Shown here piece by piece: positions 39,701 to 53,200 of a DNA stretch of 64,000 nucleotides. The position numbers and the translations under genes are program-made. The stretch is from positions 54,932,001 to 54,996,000 of the forward strand of contig OZ241831.1 in assembly GCA_965202585.1 (NCBI GenBank), given 5' to 3'. The notes beneath the pieces were generated by a model. The model was not told the DNA's origin and did no database searches. It saw nothing but the letters and a program-made list of their open reading frames with translations. The DNA comes from Thalia democratica. Taxonomy: Eukaryota. How positions within the stretch are numbered: position 1 is the stretch's first letter; every line of letters begins with the position of its first letter.

Positions 39701-41868
39701 TTTCCGTTTTAATGTTTAAACTAAAACAAAAATGACATTGATTTTGTTTATATTCCTATTTCAAGTTTAGATTGTTTTAGTTAAAAAGAAACGCAATGTC
39801 TTTTTTATTTATATGTCACATAAATAATTTGATATATATTCAAATAAATGTATAAGGGCTTTAAAAAAGCAATATTTTAATTACTATTTCTTTTTATGAT
39901 GTATTTTTCCTACCGTTTTTATAAGTTAGGGCTTTTCCATTTTTTACTTGAAGTTTTAAATTTATTATACTATATAGTGATAAGGGTATTTATCAAGTTT
40001 AAATCATGCTAATGCTTATTACTTGTTGGACTGATTCTAAAACTACTAAAGTAATATCTTAATGCTTAATAAATATATGCAGGTTTTGCTCTATTTGGTT
40101 AAAAAATAGAAGTAGAACCAATGAAAAAAAACACTTAAACGTAAGTTAGATAAAACCCGTATAGCTGACAATTGCTTTAATTATGAAAAATTATACTATA
40201 AGTATATTTTTGAAAATAAATACCTGTTTCAAGTTACTTTATAATCTAGATATTTAATAACAAGTTATAAAAATCTTATTCCTCAACACTTTCACTAAAC
40301 TACTTTTTAAGAGAAAAATATTTCGATAACAGAATATCAAAACGTCTTAAAAAATTCCAAAAACTAACAAAATAGCTCAGCAAATATTTTTGCCTTTCGA
40401 AAGTTTCTCCAAAATTGTTTTTAATTTCGCCTTTTACTAAGTAGTACGTGCACTCGTGGTAACCTCAGCTCACCTGTTTAAATTGAGACTTCTTAGGAAC
40501 TAATGATTAATACAATATCGTAAACTATTCTACTTGAAAAATAAATTTTTTTAAAGTTGTAAATAAAACACTCATCATTAAAAAGTTATGTAAAAAAATC
40601 AATAATTGTTTACTTATTTTAGCTTCAGTAATAATATCTCTTACAGTATGTAAATTTATTATTAGATATATCTTTAACAACTTTTTTTTAGATGAGCAAT
40701 AAAACCTTACAACAAAAGTATTTTTTGCTTTACTAGTCATATAGCTAACCCTTAACATAGTTGTAAACTGTTGTATACTTAAAGTCAGTTAAAATAAAAG
40801 AATAAAAACAGTATTGTATACTTTAAAAGTATATAAATAATAATTTATTCGTGTTCAGTTTTCGGCTAATAAGGTAAAAATTTACTTTTAAAAACTGCTT
40901 GCTTTTTAAAAGTAAAAACTTTATAAAAACATTACTTACGAAGTTTTAAAAATTATTTAAAACTAACAGCTGAAAAAACTTAACAACTGATAAAGTGTGT
41001 AAAAATGCCGTATGTTTGAAGAAAACTTTTCTTACTGTCTTTTATAGTTACTACATTGTTATTTGTAAGTAAACCCTAACCACCAGATTATTTTTAAACA
41101 CTTTTTAACAGTTAAAAAACAATTTTTTTTTGTGTAATAACTTTATATTGTTAAAAACTAAGTATCTTGTTGTTAAACTAGCTACATTTTTACCTCATTC
41201 ATTATACGAATGTTATATTTTTAGGAAAAAAAAACATTTTCACCTTAGATAGCATTTGATGCTACATTTAATGCTAAGCCCTTAAAAATAATATATACAT
41301 ATGTTGTACTTTTTTTTCACTTCTTGTTTAAATACTATGGTAAATAAAAAAAAATCTTTTATAAGTTAATTAAATTTTTTAAAAGCAAAATTGATTTCAT
41401 TTAGTGGGTTTATAGATAAACAGTGTAAAAACTAGGTCATAACTTTTTTTTAATTTTTTTAAAATTTTATAAATTACCTTAATGATGTTGTTCTTATTTT
41501 AAATTCAATTTTCATGAATTCATTTATTGAGTAGTACTATATGTATGGTATATTTTAAATACCATGGTTGTCATTTCACCTAGAACAACCTTAAATTATT
41601 GGTAAAAATCAATTAATAAATATAAAAAAAAACTTAAAGAATATTTTACATGTGAAACATATTAAATAAGATTACATAATAACTTTTACTTAGGGTGGAA
41701 ACTTATATAATATGTATATGTTTCTTTAATATAGAACAAATTAAAAGTGTTTCACTATCTTTAAAGTAATATTGTACTAGAAAAATTATATGTTTTAGCA
41801 TTAAAATTAGTTTTATACAACATAAAGAAGAAAACTGGTAGTTTGTAAGGAACCACCACTTCAAACTA
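36790..41868 (-). ncRNA. Second chain of exon-like blocks upstream of the receptor gene (lncRNA, long 5' leader or pseudogene)
   Basis: Minus-strand AG/GT-bounded blocks at 41819-41868, 40940-40969, 40474-40499, 38615-38728 and 37271-37326, with a further acceptor near 36880. The 40474 and 38615 blocks splice into an open frame (FLRSLNLNSLKFVCRSGEKFNARLKIQLSHLIELLYSGKFSVTKAVR), but the neighbouring blocks contain stops. Confidence 0.4.
37965..38165. mobile_element. Non-autonomous element with repeated (T)TTTGCAC-like units and a GGGTAAGGGATAAGGGTT tract (Helentron/DINE-like)
   Basis: Repeated ttttgcac/ttctgtac/tttacacgg/tttgcacg units are followed by gagggtaagggataagggttgaag. This architecture is common in invertebrate rolling-circle-derived repeats (inference). 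Confidence 0.4.
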
Positions 41869-43003
41869 CTGAAAATATGAACTTAATGATGTTTAAAAAA
41901 TGATTTGTTATGTTCAAATGTCCACAAACTTTTATCAAAGTTCTTTCAAAGTTCTTTCAGTTTAATAAAACTGATTTAATATTATTGTTTTTTACTCTTT
42001 TAGCCTACTTTACATCTTTAGTTCATACAAAATAATATTTGTAATTTTAAAGGTTGCTTGATTACATTTGATCATTAGTTTGTTTAGATTATTTTGTTTT
42101 ATTTATTTTCTACTGACCTCACAGTACTTTGTTTGTTTTAAGTACTTATAATCAAAACAACAATAAATAGTAACTGTGTTTTCCTATCAACATTAAGGTT
42201 TCATTTCTTTACATAAAATACTTATATCTTAAAAAAAAACTAAAATTCCCTAAACATTTATATTAGAACTAAATTATTTTTAGTATTTTAGTTAGTTATA
42301 AGTAGCTTTAAATTTAATAAAACAACAATTTTTGGTAAATTATGAAATAAAATGTTTTTTTAATATAACAATGTTATTTTTATATTATTATACATTTTTA
42401 TTTTTATCTTTACTTAGCAATATTCATTAGTTGGTTTAGAGCAGTATCAAGTGTTTTTATATCTAAAGCTAAGAAAAAAATTAAAAAAATATTTTGAACT
42501 TAAGAAGTTTTATAGAAAGAAATCATTTATTCTATTTATTAATCTTTTTTAACATTAATAGGTAAAAATGTTAGTTTATATTAATTTCATTAGAGTTCTC
42601 ATCAAAGTACATTTTCTATGCTAATACATGTGAACTAACTTCATTTGACTATTAGTTTAAAAAACTATAATTAAATCCTTACTAATTATTGATTATACTT
42701 ATAATTCTATAAATTAATGTTTATAAAAACAACTAAATACTATTTACATATTTTCATATAGTCTTAATGGAATTAATTTATTTTAATTTTTTACATAAAC
42801 AATAATTTGTCAACCAGCCAAACACAGTAGACTACAAAATTTTAGCCTTACAAAATTTAGCCCAAAATAGCATAAAATTTAAGTACTTATCTTCACAGTT
42901 TGATTACATTGATAGAAAAAAATTTAAACAATAAATATTTTTAGAAACTTAAAAATCGAATGTTTAAATATTAAATAAAAAACTCAAAGTATTTTAGATC
43001 ATA

Positions 43004-43580
43004 TGAGCTTTGTTTAAAATTACCTAAGGTTTTTAAAAAGAATGAAATTTCATGAATTTACAAGGATAATTTTTTGTCTAAAAGATTTTCAAGTTTAATT
43101 TTCAAATTTAATGGTGGCAACCTTAAGTTTAGTTAATTATTTGAAAAAATTATTTTCAAAATTTTACAAACTTAGTATTTTAGGTTTCATGAGCATTGTT
43201 TAAAACATTCTCAGATATTTTTAAAGTATGAAATTTTACGATTTTACAGGTTTTGTTTTTATCTTAAAGATTTTTAAGTTTAAGATTCCATGTTTAGTAG
43301 TGGCAACCTTGAGTTAAGTTAGTTATTTTACAAGCTTATTTTAAATGTTTTACAAATTCTACATTTAAAGTTTTAAAGCTTTGTTTAAAACTGACTATGG
43401 ATTTTTAAAATGAATGAAAATTCATGATTTTAAAAGGTTTTTTACCCATTAAATTTTTAAAATGAATGAAAATTCATGATTTCAAAAGGTTTTTTACCCA
43501 TTAAATTTTTTCAAGTTTAATATTACAGATTTAATGCTAGTAATCTAAGTTTAATTATATCTTTAAAGTTAATTTTTAAA
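43004..43580 (+). repeat. Tandem ~186-bp repeat x3 with an internal ~52-bp duplication
   Basis: tggcaacct at 43115 and 43301. gctttgtttaaaa/gcattgtttaaaa recurs about every 186 bp. ttttaaaatgaatgaaaattcatgatt...ttacccattaaat is duplicated at ~43402 and ~43454. Confidence 0.8.
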
Positions 43581-44059
43581 AAATTACAAACTTTTTTTAC
43601 TCATTTATGCATTAAAAAACTATATACATTCCTATACACATAAAATGATTGTTTATTTTTATGTTCTAAAATTATCAATGTTTTTAAAGAATATTTGTTT
43701 TGAAAGATATATTCTCTAACTATATGGATTATAAAATGTTACTTTGTATTGAGAAGTTATACATAGTATACTATTATAATTTATAAAGTTTATTATATAG
43801 TAAAACTTAACAGACTCTAATAAGTAATATAGACAAAGCTCTCTATACTTATATATTGGTATCATAAAATGAAAGTACTTAACTATACATAGTTTATATA
43901 TTGAAAAAAAGTTTAAGAAATTGAAACAGAATAAGTTGCTCTTACAATTAAAACTTATAAACAATACAAATCTAATTAAACTAAGTACCCATAACTACAA
44001 GTTTGAAATGAACTTAAAATGTAATATTACAAAAATAAATGAATAATATTTTTATAGTA

Positions 44060-44873
44060 CAGTGCTTATTAACTTATCCGGACTCCACTTATCCAGACAG
44101 TTTCAGTTAAGAAACTACAAAAAAAAACTTAACAATAAACAAAAACATTTTGTGTGATACAAATATGTAAGCTTTCCTGCTGTAAGAACATTCTAAGTAT
44201 TAAAAATTTTGCACAACAATTAGCTATTTTGACATAAAAATACTACAAACGCTTCCATTGAAACTTTCTTCAAAACTAGTGTAGTTATCAAAAACTTTTG
44301 TATGTAAAGTTAGTCAGTTTTTAAAACATTTAAATAAATGTTATTTAATTTATGAACAATTAAAATTTTTTTTTTTGAAAGTTGATTGGTTTCTAAGTTT
44401 ACTTTTTATGTACAAAAGTTCATTTTTGTTTGATTTTTTATTCAGACTATATTGTAAAATTTGTTAATTGGAACACTTTTTGTTTAAAATGAGGTGAACA
44501 ACATTTTTTTTTAATTTAAAAGCTATACAAGGTACTCAACATACTATGTTTTAGAAATGGACAATATATCAAATAAAATGAAAATGCACTAACCAATTAA
44601 AATAAACTACTAGTTTGTAAAATGGTATAAAAAATACCAAAATCTTTTTATTGTAGAGAATTTTAGCATGGCAGGTCGACTTTGTTAGAAATTTTGAAAA
44701 GTGAAATTTTTTTTTAAAGTTTAAAAAAGAAAAAGAGGAGCTAAGCTTTTGTTATGCATTGCATAATATGAAGTAGATATATTAATTTATAAAAGAGTAA
44801 TATTTTTGTATTTATCCGAACATATCTACAGAAAAATCTTGCCCAACATGTCCGGATAAGTGAATAAGCACTG
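44060..44873. mobile_element. Tc1/mariner (pogo/Tigger-like) MITE, ~814 bp
   Basis: Left TIR cagtgcttattaacttatccggac and right TIR gtccggataagtgaataagcactg (1 mismatch in 24). Flanked by TA on the left and TG on the right (a mutated TA TSD). Confidence 0.88.
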
Positions 44874-45825
44874 TGCATCAAACAAGCAGAAATTAATAGC
44901 TTACCTTACCAAACTTAGTATATTCAATCCAAAGAGAACATGGAAAACAGGACACTTCTTCAATCTACAAAATATTATTTATAACCAAACAGTTATAAAA
45001 AAAGATCGCTTGTTATAATAATCTTTTACAGCTCTACTTCTCTAACTTTAACAATACGGTATTTTACTTAATTAGACAAATACTTTATTTAAAATAAGTC
45101 AGGTTAATTAATGATACCTAAGTTTTATTTTCAAATAAACTAACTTATTTTATAATGTTAGTAAATATTTGGAAACAGTTATGATAATTACCTTATACTT
45201 TATGTTAAACAAACAAAAAGTTTTTGCTAAATAGCTGAGTTTTAATTTTTTAAACTGTTTTTTTTTTCGAAACAAAAGAAAAAATACAATGAAAAATTTT
45301 ACTAATTTCTTCTAAAATATTCTTCCAAGGTACTGTTCTAATATTTTTTTTTACTAATTATTACTTCTTTTTTGATATTTTTCTTTAAACTTCTACATAT
45401 TTTTAAACCTTGAATTTTTTTTCAAAATTGTGTTAACGATATTTAGTCATTAAAAAAGCAAATTTTTGTAATTGTAACTTATATTCTTGTTATCATAAAC
45501 AGACAAATATTGTTATCAAACATGTAACATATAATAACATTTTATACAAAATTTCTTAAACAGGATCACCTCTCAGCTTATAATCTTAAATAAGTTATTA
45601 AAGAATGTTTTTTATCGTAAAATGTACAAATAAATATTTTCAACTTAAATATGTCATAAGAAAGATACATATGTAGAAAAGTGTCACGATAAAGTTAATT
45701 TAGATTAATATAAAAAAATATTCTCAACTTCTTAAAATGCTTTTCTTCATGTTTTAAAAAGTAAATAAACTTATAAAAATGATAAATGTTAAAATTATTG
45801 AAACCAAGAAAATTTAGAAATTAAA

Positions 45826-46150
45826 GAGTGTCCTTTACAATACAGGAAACAAAAGTTATCTTAAATCAAATCACAGCTTTTACTTTATTTGTTAAATTTA
45901 CCGAGTTGCCTATCTACTTAATAATGTTTACATATAAACATCATTATTGCCCGGACGAGTCTCTGTGTGAGCTTAGTAGACTCAGACACTTACTTGATGA
46001 ATGTTTTTTGTCGAGTATTGAAACAAAAAAATTACACGCAAAAGATAAGCAAGTGTTGCTTAATTTACAACTTTTGACTGACAAAGTTAAGCGTGCTAAA
46101 GCTGTATAAAATGGAAACGAAAAGGCTTTGAAGCGACTTTTTATCTTTGA
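45826..46150 (+). repeat. Dispersed ~330-bp repeat, copy 1 of 3
   Basis: Core gagttgcctatctacttaataatgtttacat...gcccggacgagtctctg is shared with 48410-48760 and 49146-49460. Contains track ORF 45828-46109. Confidence 0.85.
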
Positions 46151-48409
46151 CGTGACTCTTTTTTATTTTTCTACTAAAAGTTCAGTTGAAAAGCTTGCTA
46201 GTCAAATAAGACCATAGGGGGGGTTTAGTCATGTTTTTTACAAATTGATCTTATTTTATAGAGTTTTTTTTAAGCTTCAAGATGCTTCTTATCGTTTTAA
46301 AAAGTCCGAATTATTTATTGAGTTACTATCAGTCAAAGTCGGGCCGAATAGTAGGTTCCCTTTGGGAAGGAAAACTAAAACAGCGAAAAAAACTACTTTA
46401 ATTAAAATCTATCTTCTCCTACATTTTTCAAGCAATCTTTTTCAAATTTTTACAGTCTAATCTTTATACAACAACTAAAAAACGTTACTTGAAATTTAAA
46501 AAAAAAAATTTTTGAAAAAAATACTTTTTTTTTAGTTTTTGTGATAAAATTTTTATTTCTTTTAATTATTAAATTTCATAAGTAACGTTTTTTCCTTTTA
46601 ATACAAGTAACATTTCCGGAAAATTTTAAGAATATTGCGAAAAAAATGAAGGAAGAGATAATTTTTTAGTGAAAGTTAAAATTTTTGAGAAAATTGACCC
46701 TGAAAATTTGTGGTCAATACGTTTGTGTCGGAAACATTTAAAAAAGAATAAAATATCTCAAAAGTTAAATGATATTTTTGTAATTTATAAAAACTGGCTT
46801 GTAGTTTGTATTTAAAGCTTTCATTTCAAAGCCAAAGTTAATTTTTGTAAAAAAGTTGTAAAATAACGACTTCCGTGTTGTTATGATAATGTACTAAAAT
46901 ATTGCCTATAACTTTTAAAAAACTTTTGTTGCTTCAAAGATTTAATTAAAGTAATTTATAAAAGTTTCGTACGTAATTTACTAAAGATTCATATTTTGTG
47001 TACATTGTTTGTTTATGAGGTTTCATGAATAGAACTTCAACAACTATTACAAACGCTTGATTATGCTTAGAAAACTTTTACTTTAAATTAAATAAAACAA
47101 CCACGATATTTAAATAAAACATTATATCCGACGATTTAAAAGTTATAAACCATAGCCAACTAGTCAATTAAGACAGTTAATTTTTTCTACATTTTGTTGT
47201 GTTTTAAACAAGTTTTAATATAAAATAATGAATGTTAACATATAATCTGGTCCCTTTATATTTTGTACTTTTTAATGAATCATATTTTCTTATTTGATTA
47301 AAATATTAAAATTATTGCTTATAAACTGTTAACTGTTAGCCTACAAGTTTATCATTAGCTTAAGCTTTATTAAGTTAAGCATTCAGCTTTATCGAATGTC
47401 TTTTTAAAGTGTTTAAATAAAATGAAAATTGATATAATATTCACCAATTTTTTTATGTACACCTAAAAAGTTTAAAAAACTATATAATCAGTATATCTAG
47501 AGATTTTAGGATGTTTCTTATTTTTTAATATGAATCACATTTATAAAAACAAAGTAAATTAAATAACGATTAATGAAATATTTAAGCTTAGTAACTATTT
47601 AAAATTAGGAAAAATCATAACATAAATAAATAAGAAAAAAACTTTGTAAGACTTAACATACAAACTATGTGCTGCGGTTGAACATCTTAGCTCTTAAAGG
47701 TCTTAGCTCTTCTGGCTCGCAAACATCCTTTATTTTGGTAGTGGACACGTTTGACTTGTCAGTTAATAAAACATTGTAACTTTATTCACTTAAAAATACT
47801 TTAATTTACAATACAATTTTAACCTTTCTTTAAAATTGTAAGTTCGCTCAATTTAAATGATTAATTTTAATCTATTTGAAGGTCTAAATAAGATCATACT
47901 ATTTTCTTTATGTATTTTTAAGTTTTTTAAGTTATCATTCGTTTTATGCGTAATAAAATTGCTTATAATTACTAATCATCACTGCAAATAAACTTTTGTG
48001 AAATTTTCAGCGCTGTACTTTTTTATATGAATTTTAAATACTACCTAAGTTACTAAAGTTGTTTAGTGTCATTATGATTAAAAAGTAATTTGAAATCGTT
48101 TGTATTAAAAGAGACTACATCCCAGTTTTACTTAACGACTAAAATTAAAGTTGCATTGACATTTTTAAAATTAACTAAGTTACTTTTTTGAAGCTAAATA
48201 TTTAATTAAGATATAGATTGAAGCACCAGTTATTGACTTTAAATTCATAAAAAAGACAAAAACTTTTGTGTACACTTTGTTAAAATTGTTAGCTTAATTA
48301 TGATTACTCAACTACTAGCTAAATTGGTAATACTAGTAAACTTTCGTACACGTAATAATCTAAGTTTGGATATTGTTACTCTTTGGTTTTTATTTTGCAA
48401 CAAAAGTTT

Positions 48410-48760
48410 TCGAGAGCATCATTTATCAAACTGGAAACAAAAATTACCAAAGTTGAAACAAAAAATTTTTTACTTCATCTGTTAAAATTACTGAGTCACC
48501 TATCTACTTAATTGTGTTTACATGTAAGCATCGTTTACCGCCCGGCCGAATCTTTGTGCAAGCTAGTTAAGCTCACCACACTTACTTGAGAAATGTTGAT
48601 TGTCAGGTAGATAGAAATATTCACATGCGAAAGAGAAGTGAGTGTGGCTTAACGTATCAAATTTCAACTAATAAAGTAGCGCACGTTAATAGCAGAAATT
48701 TTGTGAAAAACAAAATTCTTTGAAGTTTTTTGTCTTTGAAGCGATTTATTTTTGTCAAAT
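48410..48760 (+). repeat. Dispersed ~330-bp repeat, copy 2 of 3
   Basis: gagtcacctatctacttaattgtgtttacatgtaagcat...cgcccggccgaatct; collinear with copies 1 and 3. Confidence 0.85.
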
Positions 48761-49145
48761 TGAAAATTTTAAAGCGGTAAATTTGGGGAAAGAAGTTCAA
48801 GTAATCAATATTTATAAACTATAAGCCATTAAAATGTTTTGTATGTTTAAGTAAGTTTATCAATTAATTTTATAATACCAACACTGAAACAATTCAGAGT
48901 AAGAAATTAAGTTTTTAAATTTTGTTACATGTGTGTTTTTATAGTAATTTTTATTATGTATTTATTTATTACGTAATTGAGTTATAGCTTTATGGCTTCA
49001 AAATTATAAAACTATATATGTATAAGTTTACAAACAGTTTAATTGATAAAATTGTTTATTTCATTTTTACGTAATAATTTAGATTTGCTTATTGCCTTTC
49101 TTTGATTTTTATACTGACGCAATCTCACATTTGAAAACAAAACTT

Positions 49146-49460
49146 AAGGCATCATTTATGAAACAGGAAACACAAATTATCTGATACAAAATCAAGGTTT
49201 TTTTTATTTGTTCAACTTAGCGAGTCGCCTATCTACTTAATTATGTTTACATGTAAGCATTGCTTACCGCCCGGCCGAATCTCTGTACAAGCTAGATAAG
49301 CTCACCACAATTACTTGAGCAATGTTAGTTGTCATAAAATGCAAATTATTGTAATAAAGATAAAATTTACATGATAAAGAGAAGCGAGTATGGCTTAAAT
49401 GTCAACTTTTAAAATAAAGTAGATAGAAGAGATTTTGTAAAACGGAAACGAAAAGACATT
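49146..49460 (+). repeat. Dispersed ~330-bp repeat, copy 3 of 3
   Basis: gagtcgcctatctacttaattatgtttacatgtaagcat...cgcccggccgaatct; closer to copy 2 than to copy 1. Confidence 0.85.
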
Positions 49461-50149
49461 GAATTCTTTGCCGTAACTTGTTATATTTTAACGTAAACTT
49501 TGTAAAGAGTTTGTAATTAATAATGCTTGAGTGCATATTTCAATTTTTAATTTATGTCAAACACGCAGTTTTCAATTTTAATTACTGGCATTTACTAGTA
49601 TATCGAAAAAAATCAACATTTATTGTTTAGTGAGAAAAGAATTAAACTTTAGAATTAGAAATAATTTTGTTTTAAGTTTTGTATAAATTAACCTTTTTTT
49701 CTTATGATGTAATTATATTTATAAAACTTAAATAGATTTATGCAAATTGTACATTTTATTCGCGACCGGTTTCGGTGGCAAGAAATTGCGACCTTTTCAT
49801 GTAAAAATAAAATATGAAACTGCATATAACAATGTTATTTAATTATACTGTTGTTTAAAAACTTATTCATACGTGAAGAATATAAACAAAAACAAAAATG
49901 TTGCATATTCGAAAATTAAGGCATATCAGAGTATATTTATAATACTTAAAAACATTTAAGTCGTATTTGTATTATAAAATAATTTATAAAACAATTTAAA
50001 AAAAAATTGTTATTGAAAAACTGAAAATAATTTTTTTAATAGCTTTTAAAGTTTGTGCTAAACAACAATATCACGCCATTTTGTCCAGATACTTATAGCC
50101 TGAGGCTTGAAATTAATATGTTTAGTCAGATATGTTACTTGACAGACAA

Positions 50150-50215
50150 TTATGCTTACATTCTTTACATTCACTTCCGTGTATATTGAAGTGAATGTAA
50201 ATAATGTGAGCAAAA
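50150..50215. ncRNA. Pre-miRNA-like fold-back hairpin (candidate)
   Basis: gcttacattctttacattcacttc (50154-50177) pairs with gaagtgaatgtaaataatgtgagc (50188-50211). The 24-bp stem has one mismatch and one G-U pair, with a 10-nt loop. Confidence 0.4.
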
Positions 50216-53200
50216 AAATATATCAAATGTCAGTAGATTTTTTTTACCAACTTATACATTTTTAATGATGTAAAAACACTATGCTTTTAATGTCACTAAT
50301 ATAAAAAAGATATAAAATGCATATCGTATTAACTGTTTGCTTTTTAACTTTTGTACATACATTTGTGTTTTTTCTCATGTTAAAACATCATTTTATTGTG
50401 TTGTAAAGAAAACAAAAATAAATTACTTAGGAATAATATTTTAAAAATAAAAAAATAAAACCTTTTTAATCAACTGTTTATAAAAAAATTTAATTTTTTA
50501 CTTTTTACTTACTTTTTTATTTACTTTTATTTTAATTCGATAAAAACATTAGCTTTTTATAAATTAACAATTATTTTGAATCCTTTCGTGCATTTCATAA
50601 AAATTTTGAAAAAAAAAACAAGCTAAAGTTTTATAAAATATCACAAATTTTATTGAAAACAAAACTATTTTTTGTTCAGTTTAGTCAAATGACCTACGTC
50701 ACTGGAATCATTTTATGATACGCAAGTTTGTAGTATAAAATGTGTTTTGCATTATTTTTCGGAGTTAAGATTATACTATTAATAAGAAACTCTCAGAAAC
50801 AAGTTTCTAAAACCACTAAGACATCAAGTCTTATTGCTTCATAATTACATAAATTTAAATGTTTTTATTTTGTAGAGCGTGCTTAAAATACTTAAGTTAT
50901 ACGTATAAATAGTTACTGTTTACAAGGCATTGTTAGGTTTCAAGTATATAACGTAAGCTAAAACACTAAGCTACGGCAGTTAAAATAAAAGAAAGTGTTA
51001 CCTTAAGTAAATGGATTTGTGTTTCTCAATCAGGAAGGTTTAGAATCAGGAAGGTTATTCCATTCTCAAGTACACTGCACTGCGATCTGTAGTTTGTGTT
51101 ATTTTTTTAGTTTAAACTTATTTACATTTGATAAGTTTTTAGTTGATTAATATGTACTGCTAATTTTTTTGAAGAATTTTTTTTTAACACAACTACAATA
51201 TAATTTTCAAACAAAGAATTTGATACGTATTATACCGTTTTAGCTAGTGCATTTATTTAATATACACTTTTAATTCTAACTTTTAAAGCTTTATCATTTG
51301 TTTAATAAAAGCAGATAATATTTATTTAGTAAAAATACCTTCATATGTTTTCTAAAACTAAGCAAAGTTAAAATTATCAAAGTTAGTGTTTTTAAACATT
51401 TTTTTAAACTGTCTCTATACATATCAAAAAAAACTTTAGCATACAATATAAGTTTATTTCGTAAATTTTTATATCTTTCAAATCTTTAATTTATCATTTT
51501 ATCAGCTTTTAAAATTGTTTAAAATGGTTAAATAACACAAATAAAATTTATTAATATGTTTATGTTCGTTATTGTAACTTTATATTACAAAGATCAACTA
51601 AAACAATTTTTGTAAACTAGATTAAAACTGACATACTTCTATTTATAAACATTACATTAAAAATAACTATTAAAAACTAATTTTTCACATCTATTTTAAA
51701 TTAATATAACTTTTAAAGTTTTAAAAGCTACGTGAGAAAACATATTAAACAACCGATATCTTATTATATGTGCTTTTAAATTAATTTAAGTAATTTCAAA
51801 TAATATAAATAACATCAAACAGAGGACAGTTATAACGATAACATTTATCTTAACTTTAAACAATAAAAAATAAACACCTTTAAAAATAAATTAAATACGT
51901 TTGAATACATTTTGCTTAAATAAAAGTCTGCTTAGTTCTGTCAAATTTTTTAAGGTTAGCTTATTTTAATTGTTGAATTTATTTATACTAGACTGTAATG
52001 TTTTAAACGCAAGAGCTTGCTTCATCACAAATATAAAACTATTTTAAGTTTGTTATTTATAAAAACGGTGAAAAAAGAGCTTAAGCTTCTAAAAAACTAC
52101 ATCAAATAAAACTAACAACGTTTATGGAGAATTATTAAAACTTAGTTTATTAAAACCATTTTTTCTTTTAAATTGAGAAATGTTATCATATTACTTGGCT
52201 ACTTTTAGTTAAAAAACAAAAATGTTGTAAGTACATTTTAGATAGTTGGACGATTTTTTATTTTAATTTCTGCTTTTTGTTAATGAAGCGTTACGAGAGT
52301 TAAGCTATAATACTATGAAAAATTTTAAATAGCACTTATTTTAAAATCATGCATAAATTATAAATAAACTAACAGGTAATCGTGAAACAGACTAAGATAA
52401 TACTTGTTGATAGAATTAATTGAAATTGCAGGAACAAAATAATAAGTGCGTTACCTGTTATTATATGAAAATAAATTATATTTTTGGTATTATTGAAAAT
52501 TTTATTTATTAACTTTGTTAGTAAAAAGTTGATTAGTTCCAATTTAAACTTGTTTCTAAGTTACTTCATTAAGGTTTGATTAAATCTAATTTACTAAAAC
52601 TAAATGAGTAATTAGCTATCAAATTTTCATACTTTGGAAAATAAAATAACTCTGCATTTAACATTAAAGTACCATTATGTTTATAAATTTAAATTTTATC
52701 AACTGTAAACACTTTATCTATATAAAAAAAAGTAACTAAATTTCATGAACATATTTAAAAAAAAAAGAATTTTTTAAATTGTTTGTTAAACTTATTATAA
52801 TTGTTTTGATTAAACATTGCAAACATAATTTTTTGTAACTTACAAACAAAAAATAAATGGTTATAAAATATTTTTAATCAAAACTTTTAAATTACACAAA
52901 ACAATTAAAACTGTTTTTAGACCCCACTATGTATAACACTAATAAAAAAATAAGTTCAAGAAAATTGTTAAATATTTAGTTAAATCAAACATAAATATAA
53001 ACCAGGTCACAATGAATAAATTTTACAAAAAAATTAAACTGTAAATTAATTGTTACCACAGTAAGCTAATAAATTTAAGTTTTCATTTTAAATTAGAAAA
53101 GTTCAAATATACAATTACAAACTTTAGGATAATACTTGTAACTATTTTGTTACTTAGTCTTTAAGTGTACAATAGACTGTTTTTTCTGTCCTTTTTTAAT

